Source of the DNA: an uncultured Verrucomicrobiota bacterium
Lineage (GTDB): Bacteria; Auribacterota; JABMQX01
NCBI GenBank assembly: GCA_964516325.1
Contig: CAZFAP010000002.1
Location: 22,276-86,275 of the forward strand
Reading direction: 5' to 3'
Length of the DNA: 64,000 nt
Shown: piece by piece, positions 19,208 through 28,895 of the stretch
How positions within the stretch are numbered: position 1 is the first letter of the stretch
How the letters are laid out: each line of letters opens with the position of its first letter
Translations under genes and position numbers: made by a program
Notes under the pieces: model-generated
The model's input: only the letters and a program-made list of their open reading frames with translations
Told to the model about the DNA's origin: nothing
The model's database searches: none

Positions 19208-20497
19208 TCAACTGTACGCTTTGATGACCTTCACCAGAGCGGCGGCAATCTCCTTCATGTTTTCTTCGGAATACGTTGGGTATGCAAAGCACGTGAACGT
19301 ATGCGACTCGTGCCACCTGGCGTTCGGAACTTCGACCTTCGAATAATCAACGCTCTCCGGGTCAGTGTACTCCCTCGAGGCAAAAGGAAAGCCAGTTCTC
19401 CCGAACCCGCGCCTTTCTGTAAAAGCCTTTTCGGTGTGGCACTGCGGCCAGAAGACTTTCCAACACGGCGCCCCTTCCGCGCAAGAAGCCTCGACGAGTT
19501 GTTTTATGTCGCAGCCCATGTTTTCGATGTCAAGCGAGAAGGCGCAGACGTACCAACCGTTCTGCCGCTGCGGCGTGTCAATCGGCATGTACTTGACCCG
19601 CGGCAATTCGGCGAGAGCATCCATGAGGATGTGCGCGTTCCGGCGACGCCGCGGCATGTTCCACGTGTCCATTCGAGCAAGTTCAGAAAGGCCGATCACC
19701 GACTGCATCTCGGTCATGCGGTAGTTCCAGCCGACGCGATTGTGGATGTACGGCAACTTCTGCTCCAGCTCCAACAGATTCAGTCGCTCTTTGACATCAT
19801 AACCGTGATCGCGGAAACTACGAGCCTGCCACGCAAGCTCCTCGTCGTTGGTCGTTACCATTCCGCCCTCGCCGCCGGTCGTAAAGGTCTTATTCTGGCA
19901 GAAGCTGCACCCCGCGATGTGACTCAGTGTTCCCGTCTTTTCCCCCTTGTAAGCTCCGCCAAACGCTTCCGCGTTGTCCTCGATGACATAAAGGTTCTGC
20001 TTCTTGGCAAAGGCCGTGATTTTGTCCATATCGCAGACGTTGCCGTAGAGATGCACCGGCATGATTGCCCTGGTTCGCTTATTGACCAGCTTCTCGGCGG
20101 ACTCGACGCTGATGCAGTGGTCGTCGAGGTTCACGTCGGCAAAACGAGGAATGGCGCCCGCTTGAACGACCGAGAAACTCGTGGCGATGAACGTGTAGCT
20201 CGGGACAATTACTTCGTCGCCCGGGCCGATGCCCAGAGCCGACAGGGCGACATGCAAAGCGGCAGTGCCGGTCGCCACGCTTATTGCGTATTTGCTTCCC
20301 TGCCATTCGGCGAACGCCTTCTCAAATTCCATCCCTTTCCGTCCGGTCCAGTAGTTGACCTTGCCGGAGCGGAGCACTTCTTCCACGGTCTGAATGGCAT
20401 TGTCATCGAACTGCGGCCACGGGGGCAACGGGCCGGAAACGGCTTTGGGGCCACCGTCAATCGCCAGCTTTTTATTCGTTGTGGATTGATTTCTCAT
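19208..20497 (-). CDS. DegT/DnrJ/EryC1/StrS-family PLP-dependent sugar aminotransferase
   Basis: Family hallmarks AISVATGTAALHVAL, DEVIVPSYTFIATS and SFCQNKTFTTGGEGGMV (Lys-containing PLP region). GGAAGG RBS before MRNQST at 20497. Confidence 0.75.
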   Translation of the reverse strand: MRNQSTTNKKLAIDGGPKAVSGPLPPWPQFDDNAIQTVEEVLRSGKVNYWTGRKGMEFEKAFAEWQGSKYAISVATGTAALHVALSALGIGPGDEVIVPSYTFIATSFSVVQAGAIPRFADVNLDDHCISVESAEKLVNKRTRAIMPVHLYGNVCDMDKITAFAKKQNLYVIEDNAEAFGGAYKGEKTGTLSHIAGCSFCQNKTFTTGGEGGMVTTNDEELAWQARSFRDHGYDVKERLNLLELEQKLPYIHNRVGWNYRMTEMQSVIGLSELARMDTWNMPRRRRNAHILMDALAELPRVKYMPIDTPQRQNGWYVCAFSLDIENMGCDIKQLVEASCAEGAPCWKVFWPQCHTEKAFTERRGFGRTGFPFASREYTDPESVDYSKVEVPNARWHESHTFTCFAYPTYSEENMKEIAAALVKVIKAYS

Positions 20498-20976
20498 GGG
20501 GTCAACCTTCCTTTTTGGGGCAGTCAACGGAAGACAGGCCGTGTTGGGGGTGGCTGTGTTTTGGTGGGCGCCTCGGCGCGCGGTAACGTCGCCCCGCCAT
20601 GGCGGGGCTGTCCTGAGGGCGTCCCGCCCTCAGGAGACTCTCGCGACAGCCACGCATCTCACCCCACAGGACTCAAATCGGGGGCAAGATGCCCCCCCCG
20701 CCTCAGGCGAGACAAGATGCTGGCGATACGCACACTTCCGACGGCCCGGTTGCCGCCGTAGGCTTCAACGCGCTCATTGGCCCGGCGCCCGGACTCCGTT
20801 GGTCTGAAGCACAACAGAGAACTGAAACCAGCCCCGCTGGGATCGTACCACTGAAATACAGCCGCACGGGGCCGTGTTGATATGCTACGCTGCCGGTCAC
20901 TAAAAGTGTACAATAAAAAGGTCTGTGGCTTAATCCACCGCAAACAAAGGACATTGACCCTGCGAGGCATCGAACC

Positions 20977-22383
20977 ATGAACCCCAAAACTACTCGAAGC
21001 GCCGTCGTATTACTTCTTGCTCTGACCAGTTTCTTAGCCCACGGTGGCGAGCTGTGCGTTGGCGCCGCCAGCGTCAAGATTACTCCACCGCTCGGTGTGC
21101 CCATGGCTGGCTATTACTTTGAACGCTCCGCCGAAGGCGTGCACGATGACCTCTACGCGAAAGCCATCGTGCTGGAGAAGGACGGCGTGAAGGCGGCTCT
21201 CGTGGCGCTCGACCTTATTTCCGTTAAGCGGGACATCGTCGAAGCGGCTCGGCGGGAGATCGAGGAAAAGACCGGCATTTCTGCTGACCACGTGATGATC
21301 AGCGCCACCCACGCGCACACCGGGCCGATCCTGAGTGGTGGCTCCGCACGCATTGATGCCCTCGACGGCAAAAAGCCGGTAGCGGAAGAGTTCACAGCAT
21401 CCCTTCCGAAGTTGATCGCCGAGAGCGTTCAGACCGCCCGTGCCAGACTGGCGCCGGCAAAAATCGCCGCCGGGCTTGGGCACGAGGACGCGCTCAGTTT
21501 CAATCGGCGCTTTCACATGAAGGACGGCACGGTGGGTTGGAACCCGGGCAAATTGAATCCGAACGTCATCCGACCCGTCGGGCCGATTGATCCAAGCGTA
21601 CCGGTGGTTTATTTCGAGAGCAGCGAGGGCAAGCCCCTCGCCACCTACGTCAACTTTGCGATGCACTTAGACACCGTCGGCGGACTCCAAATCTCCGCGG
21701 ATTATCCCCATACGCTCAGCCGGATACTCGGCGAATTCAAGGGACAAGAAATGGCGACCCTGTTCACCACTGGGGCCGCTGGCGATATCAACCATCTAAA
21801 TGTCAAATGGGGTCACCCGCAGAAAGGGCACGGTGAAGCCGCGCGAATCGGGACCATCCTCGCCGCGGAGGTGTTGAAAACCTTCGAGCACCTGGAATCC
21901 CTGGGTCCCAACCCCCTCGCCGCACGGAATGAAATCGTCCAGTTGCCGCTCCCAAAGGTTGACCCTGCCGACATGGAAACGGCCCGCGAGGTCGCTGCCC
22001 GCCACCGAGACAAGTCAGCCAAGCAGCCGACGTTCCTGGAAACCGTCAAAGCGTATAAGGTGCTCGACGTGGATGGCCGTCAGGGCAAGCCTCTCGAAGC
22101 CGAGGTTCAGGTGATTGCGCTCGGACAGGACATCGCGTGGATTGGATTGCCGGGCGAGATTTTCGTCGAGATAGGGCTGGCAATCAAGCGGGCTTCGCCC
22201 TTCAAATACACCATCATCGCCGAGCTTGCCAACGGTTCCGTCGGTTACGTTCCGACGAAGCGAGCTTATTCGGAGGGGAACTACGAGGTCGTTAGCGCGC
22301 GGTGCGCAGAGGGATCGGGCGAGATGCTCGTGGACAGTGCGCTCCGGATGTTGCGAGAGCTTTACGCCGCCGCCAGACGGTAG
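20977..22383 (+). CDS. Neutral/alkaline ceramidase-family hydrolase, secreted (paralog of 14922..16457)
   Basis: Signal peptide SAVVLLLALTSFLAHG. MISATHAHTGPILSGG zinc-site motif. FNRRF motif shared with the paralog. Confidence 0.65.
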   Translation: MNPKTTRSAVVLLLALTSFLAHGGELCVGAASVKITPPLGVPMAGYYFERSAEGVHDDLYAKAIVLEKDGVKAALVALDLISVKRDIVEAARREIEEKTGISADHVMISATHAHTGPILSGGSARIDALDGKKPVAEEFTASLPKLIAESVQTARARLAPAKIAAGLGHEDALSFNRRFHMKDGTVGWNPGKLNPNVIRPVGPIDPSVPVVYFESSEGKPLATYVNFAMHLDTVGGLQISADYPHTLSRILGEFKGQEMATLFTTGAAGDINHLNVKWGHPQKGHGEAARIGTILAAEVLKTFEHLESLGPNPLAARNEIVQLPLPKVDPADMETAREVAARHRDKSAKQPTFLETVKAYKVLDVDGRQGKPLEAEVQVIALGQDIAWIGLPGEIFVEIGLAIKRASPFKYTIIAELANGSVGYVPTKRAYSEGNYEVVSARCAEGSGEMLVDSALRMLRELYAAARR

Positions 22384-22454
22384 TCTGGCACATGCGGTCA
22401 ATGGGACTCGGCAGCCTGCCGCCTGCGCCGTGCGAGGATGTCCCTTCTAATGCT

Positions 22455-22500
22455 TTTGGGCTTGACAGCCTGCGCCACCTCTGACCATTATGGTAGCGAA
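22455..22500 (+). promoter_or_regulatory. Sigma70-like promoter for the nuclease-fold/TA islet (TTGACA-N~19-TTATGG)
   Basis: CTTGACAGCCTGCGCCACCTCTGACCATTATGGTAG lies ~60 bp upstream of the GGAGGG RBS of 22548. Confidence 0.3.
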
Positions 22501-22547
22501 GTCGCACGGGAAGACCGGTATTCAACATATGTCGGAGGGCAATCACA

Positions 22548-23225
22548 ATGCGCGGACGTTCGCAGTTTGTGGGGGTCGCTGGTCAGCATTACGTGGCGTA
22601 CTGCCTCTCCATTCGTGGCATACACGCCGCAATCACTCTTGGCAACGTCCCGAACGTTGACGTGGTCATCGCAAAGCCGGACGGGTCGCTGGCTCTGTCC
22701 ATTCAAGTCAAGACAAAGCGCTGGGCTTACAAAGGCAAGCACTACGGCAGGGAAGTTTCTGAATGGGACGTCGGTCCTTCCGCGCTGAATGCCATCAGCG
22801 ATAATTTCTGGTATGCCTTCGTGGATTTGCAGGAAGATTTGCAGGAGTCCCGCGGGCCTCCATGGAACCCCCGAGTGTTTCTCGTTCCCTCAATGTGGGT
22901 CAGGAAGTTCGTGAAGAACGCCTCGCCAAAGAGAAGGATGTACCTGCTTCCGAAGGAGCTCTGGGGGGAGTGCCTTGAGCGATGGGACCGAATCAACAAG
23001 TTCTTTGATCGGGACCGGGAGACTCTTAACTGGTGCCGCAAGGTGCCCCGGGGGGCGACTTGGCAAGCGCCTAACGCTGCGCTGCAGCCGACCCATTGCG
23101 GCGCCTGGCGCGGGTTCATTGTCAGGCTGCGCAGCCAGATCGCCGACCGCTACCGGACAGGTGTAGTATTAGGCCCGTCAGGGGTCTGCCTGGCACAGAA
23201 CGGACGTTTATTCGATTCGAGGTGA
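22548..23225 (+). CDS. Hypothetical protein with Hjc-like PD-(D/E)XK nuclease-fold N-terminus
   Basis: GVAGQHYVAYCLSIRGIHAAITLGNVPNVDVVIAKPDGSLALSIQVKTKR follows the archaeal Hjc / restriction-endonuclease-fold pattern (G...E/Q..L...G....., D-[IV]-[IV]-A, then [EQ]-V-K). Has its own sigma70-like promoter and a GGAGGG RBS. C-terminal 150 aa have no recognisable family. Confidence 0.4.
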   Translation: MRGRSQFVGVAGQHYVAYCLSIRGIHAAITLGNVPNVDVVIAKPDGSLALSIQVKTKRWAYKGKHYGREVSEWDVGPSALNAISDNFWYAFVDLQEDLQESRGPPWNPRVFLVPSMWVRKFVKNASPKRRMYLLPKELWGECLERWDRINKFFDRDRETLNWCRKVPRGATWQAPNAALQPTHCGAWRGFIVRLRSQIADRYRTGVVLGPSGVCLAQNGRLFDSR

Positions 23226-23228
23226 AGC

Positions 23229-23519
23229 ATGGGTATTGCTGAGACCATCCAGACCAAGCGAGACGAGATCGTGCAGTTGGCGGCTCGCTACGGCGCGCGG
23301 CATGTTCGGCTAATTGGCTCTGTGGCGCGTGGGGAAGCCGGGCCGGGGAGCGATGTGGACCTGTTAGTCGAGTTCGAGTCTGGCCGAACGCTCCTCGATC
23401 ACGCGGCTCTAATGCAGGACTTAGAAGCCCTCTTGGGATGCAAAGTGGATGTCGCGAGCGAGCGAGGGCTCCGTGAGCGCATCCGCGCGCGGGTCCTGGC
23501 GGAGGCGGTTCCCCTATGA
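23229..23519 (+). CDS. mntA: MntA-type nucleotidyltransferase antitoxin (MNT domain)
   Basis: GSVARGEAGPGSDVDLLVEF is the canonical minimal nucleotidyltransferase motif (GS..RG...SDvDllV). 96 aa. Overlaps the next gene by 4 bp (ATGA). Confidence 0.8.
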   Translation: MGIAETIQTKRDEIVQLAARYGARHVRLIGSVARGEAGPGSDVDLLVEFESGRTLLDHAALMQDLEALLGCKVDVASERGLRERIRARVLAEAVPL

Positions 23520-23890
23520 GAAGCGATGTGGAGCGACTGCACGATATCCTGGAAGCCATCGGCCGGATTGAGCGGTACGCTGCTGAAGGGCGCGAACGGT
23601 TCGACCGCGACGAATTGGTGCAGACCTGGATTGTTCATCATATCCAACTGATAGGGGAGGCAGCGCGGGGGCTCTCAGAGCATGTGCGCCGTCGGTCCCC
23701 TGCAATTCCCTGGGCGCGAATCATTGGGATGCGGCACATCCTGGTCCACGATTACTTCGGGCTCGATTTAGAAGAGGTCTGGGGAACCGTCGTGCGCGAC
23801 CTGCCGGCGCTGAAGCGAGACCTGGAAGCGATGGTCCTCGAACTGGGATCCCGGCCGGAGGTCCCCCCAACGGGTGACTGCCCCCGCTAA
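23516..23890 (+). CDS. hepT: HepT-type HEPN toxin (DUF86)
   Basis: RHILVHDY is the Rx4HxY HEPN catalytic motif. 124 aa. Translationally coupled to mntA. Confidence 0.8.
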   Translation: MRSDVERLHDILEAIGRIERYAAEGRERFDRDELVQTWIVHHIQLIGEAARGLSEHVRRRSPAIPWARIIGMRHILVHDYFGLDLEEVWGTVVRDLPALKRDLEAMVLELGSRPEVPPTGDCPR

Positions 23891-24091
23891 CAGATTGCAG
23901 TCCGACCGGAAGCGCAATCGGTCTGTCGAGACGGCAGGCACAATTGAGGCCCGGGCCGTTCGGATGCGTGGCGGCCTTAGCGGCGGCCAGTACTTCAACT
24001 GACGTTGCCAAAAGCACGCAAAACCATAGTATTCTGGTGAGGCTATTTTTGCCATTCTGTAGTAGGAGAACGCTTTTTCAGGAGGTGCAAG

Positions 24092-25135
24092 ATGATTAAC
24101 GTCGGAATCGCCGGCATCGGTTTCATGGGAATGATTCATTATCTCGCCTATCAGAGGGTCCGCGGCGTCAAGGTCCGCGCGATGTGCGAGAAGGATAAGA
24201 AGCGGCTGGCAGGTGACTGGCGGTCAATCAAAGGAAACTTCGGCCCGAGAGGAACGAAGATGAACCTGACGGGAATTGATCGCTACGCGGAGATGGATGG
24301 TCTGTTAGCTGATCCGAACCTCGACTTGATTGACATCTGCCTGCCGCCCTCGCTCCACGCGGGCATCACTGTGGCCGCACTCAGAGCGGGAAAACACGTC
24401 TTCTGCGAAAAGCCGATTGCCCTGAATCCGGCTGACGCAAAACGAATGGTGGAGACCGCCAGGAAGACCGGCAAGATGTTGATGATCGGTCATGTCCTCC
24501 CCTTCTTTCCCGAGTACAGCTTCGCTTACAAAGCGATAACCGACGGGAAGTACGGAAAACTTCTGGGCGGGCACTTCAAGCGGATCATCTCGGACCCACT
24601 CTGGCTGCCGGACTTCTACAATCCGGCGGTTTGCGGAGGTCCCATGATTGACCTTCACGTCCACGACGCCCATTTCATCCGCGTCGTGTGCGATATGCCG
24701 ACCGCGGTGCAGACCGTCGGCTCCATGCGAGGCGAAGTGGCTGAGCGATTCACGACTCAGTTTCTTTTCAAGGACACCAAACTTGTGGTAACCGCCTCCA
24801 GCGGTGTCATCTATCAGCAGGGCCGCTCGTTCACCCACGGGTACGAAATTTACCTCGAAGAGGCGACGCTGCTGTTCGAGGCAGCGAGCATAGGAAAGGA
24901 TTGGATCGTGGCATACCCGGTCACCGTCCTGACGAACGACGGGAAGGTCATTCGGCCCAAGCTGGGTTCGGGCGACGCCTGCGGTCCCTTTGTCAGCGAA
25001 ATAAAGGAAGTCCTTCGCGCCATCCGCACCAGGACCCCCTCGGCGCTGCTTGCGGGCGAACTCGCTCGTGACGCTCTCGTGCTTTGCGAAAAGCAAACCC
25101 AGTCGCTGCGGAGTGGCCGGGCAGCCCGCATATAA
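24092..25135 (+). CDS. Gfo/Idh/MocA-family oxidoreductase (cytoplasmic)
   Basis: MINVGIAGIGFMG Rossmann motif and CEKPIALN motif. AGGAGG RBS 7 nt upstream. Confidence 0.8.
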   Translation: MINVGIAGIGFMGMIHYLAYQRVRGVKVRAMCEKDKKRLAGDWRSIKGNFGPRGTKMNLTGIDRYAEMDGLLADPNLDLIDICLPPSLHAGITVAALRAGKHVFCEKPIALNPADAKRMVETARKTGKMLMIGHVLPFFPEYSFAYKAITDGKYGKLLGGHFKRIISDPLWLPDFYNPAVCGGPMIDLHVHDAHFIRVVCDMPTAVQTVGSMRGEVAERFTTQFLFKDTKLVVTASSGVIYQQGRSFTHGYEIYLEEATLLFEAASIGKDWIVAYPVTVLTNDGKVIRPKLGSGDACGPFVSEIKEVLRAIRTRTPSALLAGELARDALVLCEKQTQSLRSGRAARI

Positions 25136-25190
25136 TTTGGAGGGCCCATCGCGATGGGCCCTTGATCCGCAATAAAGGAGAAACATAACG

Positions 25191-27242
25191 ATGCACTTAC
25201 CCTGGAAGTTTTGCCTCCTAATCGCCGTATTCCCTTTCATCGCCTCACCAGCTTGGGGTGTCGCCCCGACGGCGGAAGAACTGGCACAAGCACGACGCTG
25301 GTTCGACGCACGGTTTGCTGAAGATGTCCAAGCTGAGCGTCCATTCTCCTTCATATACGACGGGAAAGCGGGCGCCGATTTGCTCAAGACGTGGACATTT
25401 CAAACGGGATCGAGGGAGCGGGGCAGCAATCGGACCGAGCGGACGCTCACCTACACGGATGCGAAGACGGGATTCGTTGTGCGTTGCACGGCAGTCGCGT
25501 ACAAGGATTTCCCGACCGTCGAGTGGACGCTTTACTTCAAAAACACCGGCTCGACGGATACGCCTATGGTCGAGAACATACAAGCCCTGGACATACACCT
25601 GGAACGGGGTGAAAGCGGTGAGTTCGTGCTGCATCATAACCGAGGCAGTCAGGCCGTCAAGGGCGACTATGAGCCTTTTGAGACCGTCCTGCAACCCGGC
25701 GCCGCAAAGCGCGTCTCCGCCGCGGGCGGCAGACCAACCAATAGCGACCTCTCCTACTTCAACTTGGAATGGTCTGGGGAAGGGGTAATTGTCGTTGTCG
25801 GTTGGCCCGGTCAGTGGGCGGCCGAATTCGCCAGGGACGGAGAAAAGGGGCTGCGCATTCGTGCCGGGCAGGAGCTGACGCATTTCAAGCTGCATCCGGG
25901 CGAGGAGGTCAGAAGCCCGCTCATCGTTCTCCAATTCTATTCAGGCGATTGGATTCGTGCGCAGAACCTCTGGCGGCGATGGATGATTGCGCACAATCTC
26001 CCCCGACCGGGCGGGAAACTTCCCCCTCCGCAGCTCGCAGCTTCGAGTTCGAGGCAGTACGGCGAGATGATTCAGGCGAACGAAGACAATCAGAAGATGT
26101 TCATAGACCGCTACCTTCAGGAAGGAATCAAGCTCGATTACTGGTGGATGGACGCGGGTTGGTATGTCAATCAGACCGGCTGGCCGAACGTGGGAACGTG
26201 GGAGGTGGATGCGAAGCGATTTCCCCGCGGCTTGCGTGCCGTCAGCGACTACGCCCATTCCAAGGGGATCAAGACCATCGTCTGGTTCGAGCCAGAGCGG
26301 GTGACCGCCGGAACGTGGCTCGCCGAGAATCACCCGGAATGGGTCCTGGGAGGCAAGAACGGCGGGTTGCTGAACCTGGGAAACGAGGAAGCGAGGAAGT
26401 GGTTGACGGACCATGTTGACAGGCTCCTGACCAAGCAGGGCATAGACCTCTACCGGCAGGACTTCAATATGGACCCGCTCAGCTTCTGGCGCGGGAAAGA
26501 CGCCGAGGACCGGCAGGGGATAACGGAAATCTATCATGTCATGGGCTATCTGGCATATTGGGACGAACTCCGTCGCCGCCATCCGGATATGCTCATTGAC
26601 TCATGCGCGTCCGGCGGTAGACGGAACGACCTCGAGACGATGAGACGCGCGGTGCCATTGTGGCGAAGCGATTACGCCTACGAACCCATCGGCACTCAGT
26701 GCCACACCTACGGCATGTCCTTCTGGATACCGTTCTACGGCACGGGAACGGTCGCTTGCACCGGAGCGCCTTACTACGGATCAGGGAAAACTCCCGTCGA
26801 GCCGTACGCCTTCTGGAGCAACGCCTGTGCCGCAGTTGGTTGCGGGATTGACATGCGCGAGAAAGAGATCGAGTACGCGGCTTTTCGTCGCTTGATAGAT
26901 CAGTGGCGCCAGCAGGTCGCTTCCAACTACTACGGCGACTATTACCCGCTGACTCCTTACAGCCAGGAGGGCAGCGCCTGGATCGCATGGCAGTTCGACC
27001 GACCAGAGTCCGGTACAGGGGTGGTTCAGGCGTTTCGGAGGCAGGACTCCGCGGAGGATGTTCGGCGGCTCAAGCTAAGGGGCTTGGAACCGAAAGCTAC
27101 TTACACGGTGACTGATTTGGAGACCGGCAAATCGGCGCAGGCAACAGGCCGCGAGCTTGTGGAAAATGGTTTCTCGGTCAACATCCCAAGCCACCCCGGA
27201 GCCGCTGTTCTGATTTACGGGAAGACGGCCGCGGAAAGGTGA
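25191..27242 (+). CDS. GH36-like alpha-galactosidase-family glycoside hydrolase, secreted
   Basis: Signal peptide FCLLIAVFPFIASPAWG. KLDYWWMDAGWY and DSCASGGRRNDLE resemble the GH36 (D/E)DGW and CSGGG(G)R motifs. AAGGAG RBS. Confidence 0.5.
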   Translation: MHLPWKFCLLIAVFPFIASPAWGVAPTAEELAQARRWFDARFAEDVQAERPFSFIYDGKAGADLLKTWTFQTGSRERGSNRTERTLTYTDAKTGFVVRCTAVAYKDFPTVEWTLYFKNTGSTDTPMVENIQALDIHLERGESGEFVLHHNRGSQAVKGDYEPFETVLQPGAAKRVSAAGGRPTNSDLSYFNLEWSGEGVIVVVGWPGQWAAEFARDGEKGLRIRAGQELTHFKLHPGEEVRSPLIVLQFYSGDWIRAQNLWRRWMIAHNLPRPGGKLPPPQLAASSSRQYGEMIQANEDNQKMFIDRYLQEGIKLDYWWMDAGWYVNQTGWPNVGTWEVDAKRFPRGLRAVSDYAHSKGIKTIVWFEPERVTAGTWLAENHPEWVLGGKNGGLLNLGNEEARKWLTDHVDRLLTKQGIDLYRQDFNMDPLSFWRGKDAEDRQGITEIYHVMGYLAYWDELRRRHPDMLIDSCASGGRRNDLETMRRAVPLWRSDYAYEPIGTQCHTYGMSFWIPFYGTGTVACTGAPYYGSGKTPVEPYAFWSNACAAVGCGIDMREKEIEYAAFRRLIDQWRQQVASNYYGDYYPLTPYSQEGSAWIAWQFDRPESGTGVVQAFRRQDSAEDVRRLKLRGLEPKATYTVTDLETGKSAQATGRELVENGFSVNIPSHPGAAVLIYGKTAAER

Positions 27243-27379
27243 ATCAGCACGACGGAGCCGATGGGAACACTTGAGAGTTCCGCTCTCGTTCCCGTGCAGG
27301 CAATTATCGGCTTTTCTCAGACGCCCTGATCGTCGTGTTGCCAGAGGAGCGTCGTCGAAGCCTGACGCCCTGCTAAAAG

Positions 27380-28798
27380 CTATTGGTTACCGGTCAACCC
27401 ACCAGAAATCCCGAAATCGTCCTTCGTTTCCTTGATCCAGTTCGTCAGAAGAGTTCGGTGTCGCTCCAGAGTTTCTTTCCTCTCGGGCTTGCGAGCAAGA
27501 TTCCGGGTTTCACCCGGGTCGCTCTGGAGGTCGAACAGCATTTCTGGATTGCGGCCCACGGAAAAGAGGTTGTATTTGTACCTCTGCGTGCGGACCATTC
27601 GCCCTTTCATCTCCGGGCTATTGGGGTCAGGGAAAAGCTCCGACACGACAAATTCGCGACCGGGCAGGCTTGGATTCTCAACTTTGGGTTTGAGGCTGAC
27701 GCCGGTAACTTCTGGACAAGCGACGCCCGCATAGTCGCAAATGGTGGGAAGCACATCAATCCCTGAAACGAGGTGCGTTCGGTCCGCTCTTGCCGCTGGG
27801 GTGACGCCCTTCCAACTTACGATGAGCGGCACAGACACAGGTTCCTCGTACAGCATCAGTTTCACGATCCAGTGGTGAGCCGCCATCCCCTCGCCGTGGT
27901 CGCTGGTGAAGACAACGAGCGTGTCTTGCTCGAGTCCTTGTTCTCGAAGACCGACTAAGACTTCCCCCACCTCCCTGTCGACGTCCTCGACCAGGCGGTA
28001 ATAAGCGTTCAGGTACGCGCGCCACTGCTCTGTATCCCAACTCTTCGTCCACTGGATTTCCTCTCCGTATTGTGTGCGTTCGCGGCACCTCTGGACGAAC
28101 TCGGGCTCGTCCGGGGCAATATCAAAGTTATCCGGCAGCGGCGGAAATTTATGCAGGTCGCCGTGCTTGACTGGCTTCTCACGAACCCACCAGCAGATGT
28201 CGTGCGGGTTGTGAAACGAGACGCCCAGCACGAACGGCTTCTCGTGCTTTCTTCGCAGGAACTTGACTGCTTCCTTCGCCACAGAACCATCGCTCTCGGC
28301 GCCGAGCCTGAAACCCGTGCCTTCCGGGAGCGCCACGTGCTCGAACCCGGGGACGGCGGCCTGCTTGCCGCGAAGGTAGCCTTGCGGCAGATGCCATTTG
28401 CCAACCCAGGCGGTCTCGTAGCCCGCGGCGCGGAAGATTTCGCCCATGTCGGGAATGCCTTGCTTGATACTTTGGCCATTGTAGATCACCCCGGTTTCAT
28501 GGGGCATGCGGCCGGTAACGAGGCTTGAGCGCGAAGGACCGCAGACGGGGGAGGCGCAATAGGAGTTCTCGAAGCGGACGCCGCGGGCGGCGACGGAATC
28601 CATGTTGGGCGTGCTCACCCATTTGTTGCCGGCGGCGCTCATTGCTCTGGCGCTTTGCTGGTCGCTGAGGATGAGCAAGACATTCGGTCTTGTCCTGCGT
28701 TTCTCCTCCGCCAGAAGGCCGCTTGGCACCCCAGCCGCCGCAGTCCCAATCCCAACGGAAACGTACTTGATAAAATCTCGCCGGTTCATCGGTCGCAT
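27380..28798 (-). CDS. Formylglycine-dependent sulfatase (arylsulfatase family), Tat/Sec exported
   Basis: MNRRDFIKYVSVGIGTAAAG signal. The CASPVCGPSRSSLVTGR motif is the C-x-P-x-R FGly signature. LILSDQ N-terminal motif. Confidence 0.85.
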   Translation of the reverse strand: MRPMNRRDFIKYVSVGIGTAAAGVPSGLLAEEKRRTRPNVLLILSDQQSARAMSAAGNKWVSTPNMDSVAARGVRFENSYCASPVCGPSRSSLVTGRMPHETGVIYNGQSIKQGIPDMGEIFRAAGYETAWVGKWHLPQGYLRGKQAAVPGFEHVALPEGTGFRLGAESDGSVAKEAVKFLRRKHEKPFVLGVSFHNPHDICWWVREKPVKHGDLHKFPPLPDNFDIAPDEPEFVQRCRERTQYGEEIQWTKSWDTEQWRAYLNAYYRLVEDVDREVGEVLVGLREQGLEQDTLVVFTSDHGEGMAAHHWIVKLMLYEEPVSVPLIVSWKGVTPAARADRTHLVSGIDVLPTICDYAGVACPEVTGVSLKPKVENPSLPGREFVVSELFPDPNSPEMKGRMVRTQRYKYNLFSVGRNPEMLFDLQSDPGETRNLARKPERKETLERHRTLLTNWIKETKDDFGISGGLTGNQ

Positions 28799-28895
28799 GG
28801 CGCCTGCTTTGACTGCATTTCGTCGCGTGTTTTGTCAATCAGCCGGAGTCGGCCGAATCAACGAGGAAAAACCGCCCAACCGCCGTATCGGTCAA

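Noticed and set aside
16263-20761. Plus-strand ORFs 16263..17921 (552 aa) and 19301..20761 (486 aa)
   Set aside because: Antisense to minus-strand genes with unambiguous Rossmann (VGLVGCGGRG) and DegT PLP motifs.
24305-25387. Minus-strand ORF 24305..25387 (360 aa)
   Set aside because: Antisense to the plus-strand Gfo/Idh/MocA gene, which has an AGGAGG RBS and INVGIAGIGFMG motif.
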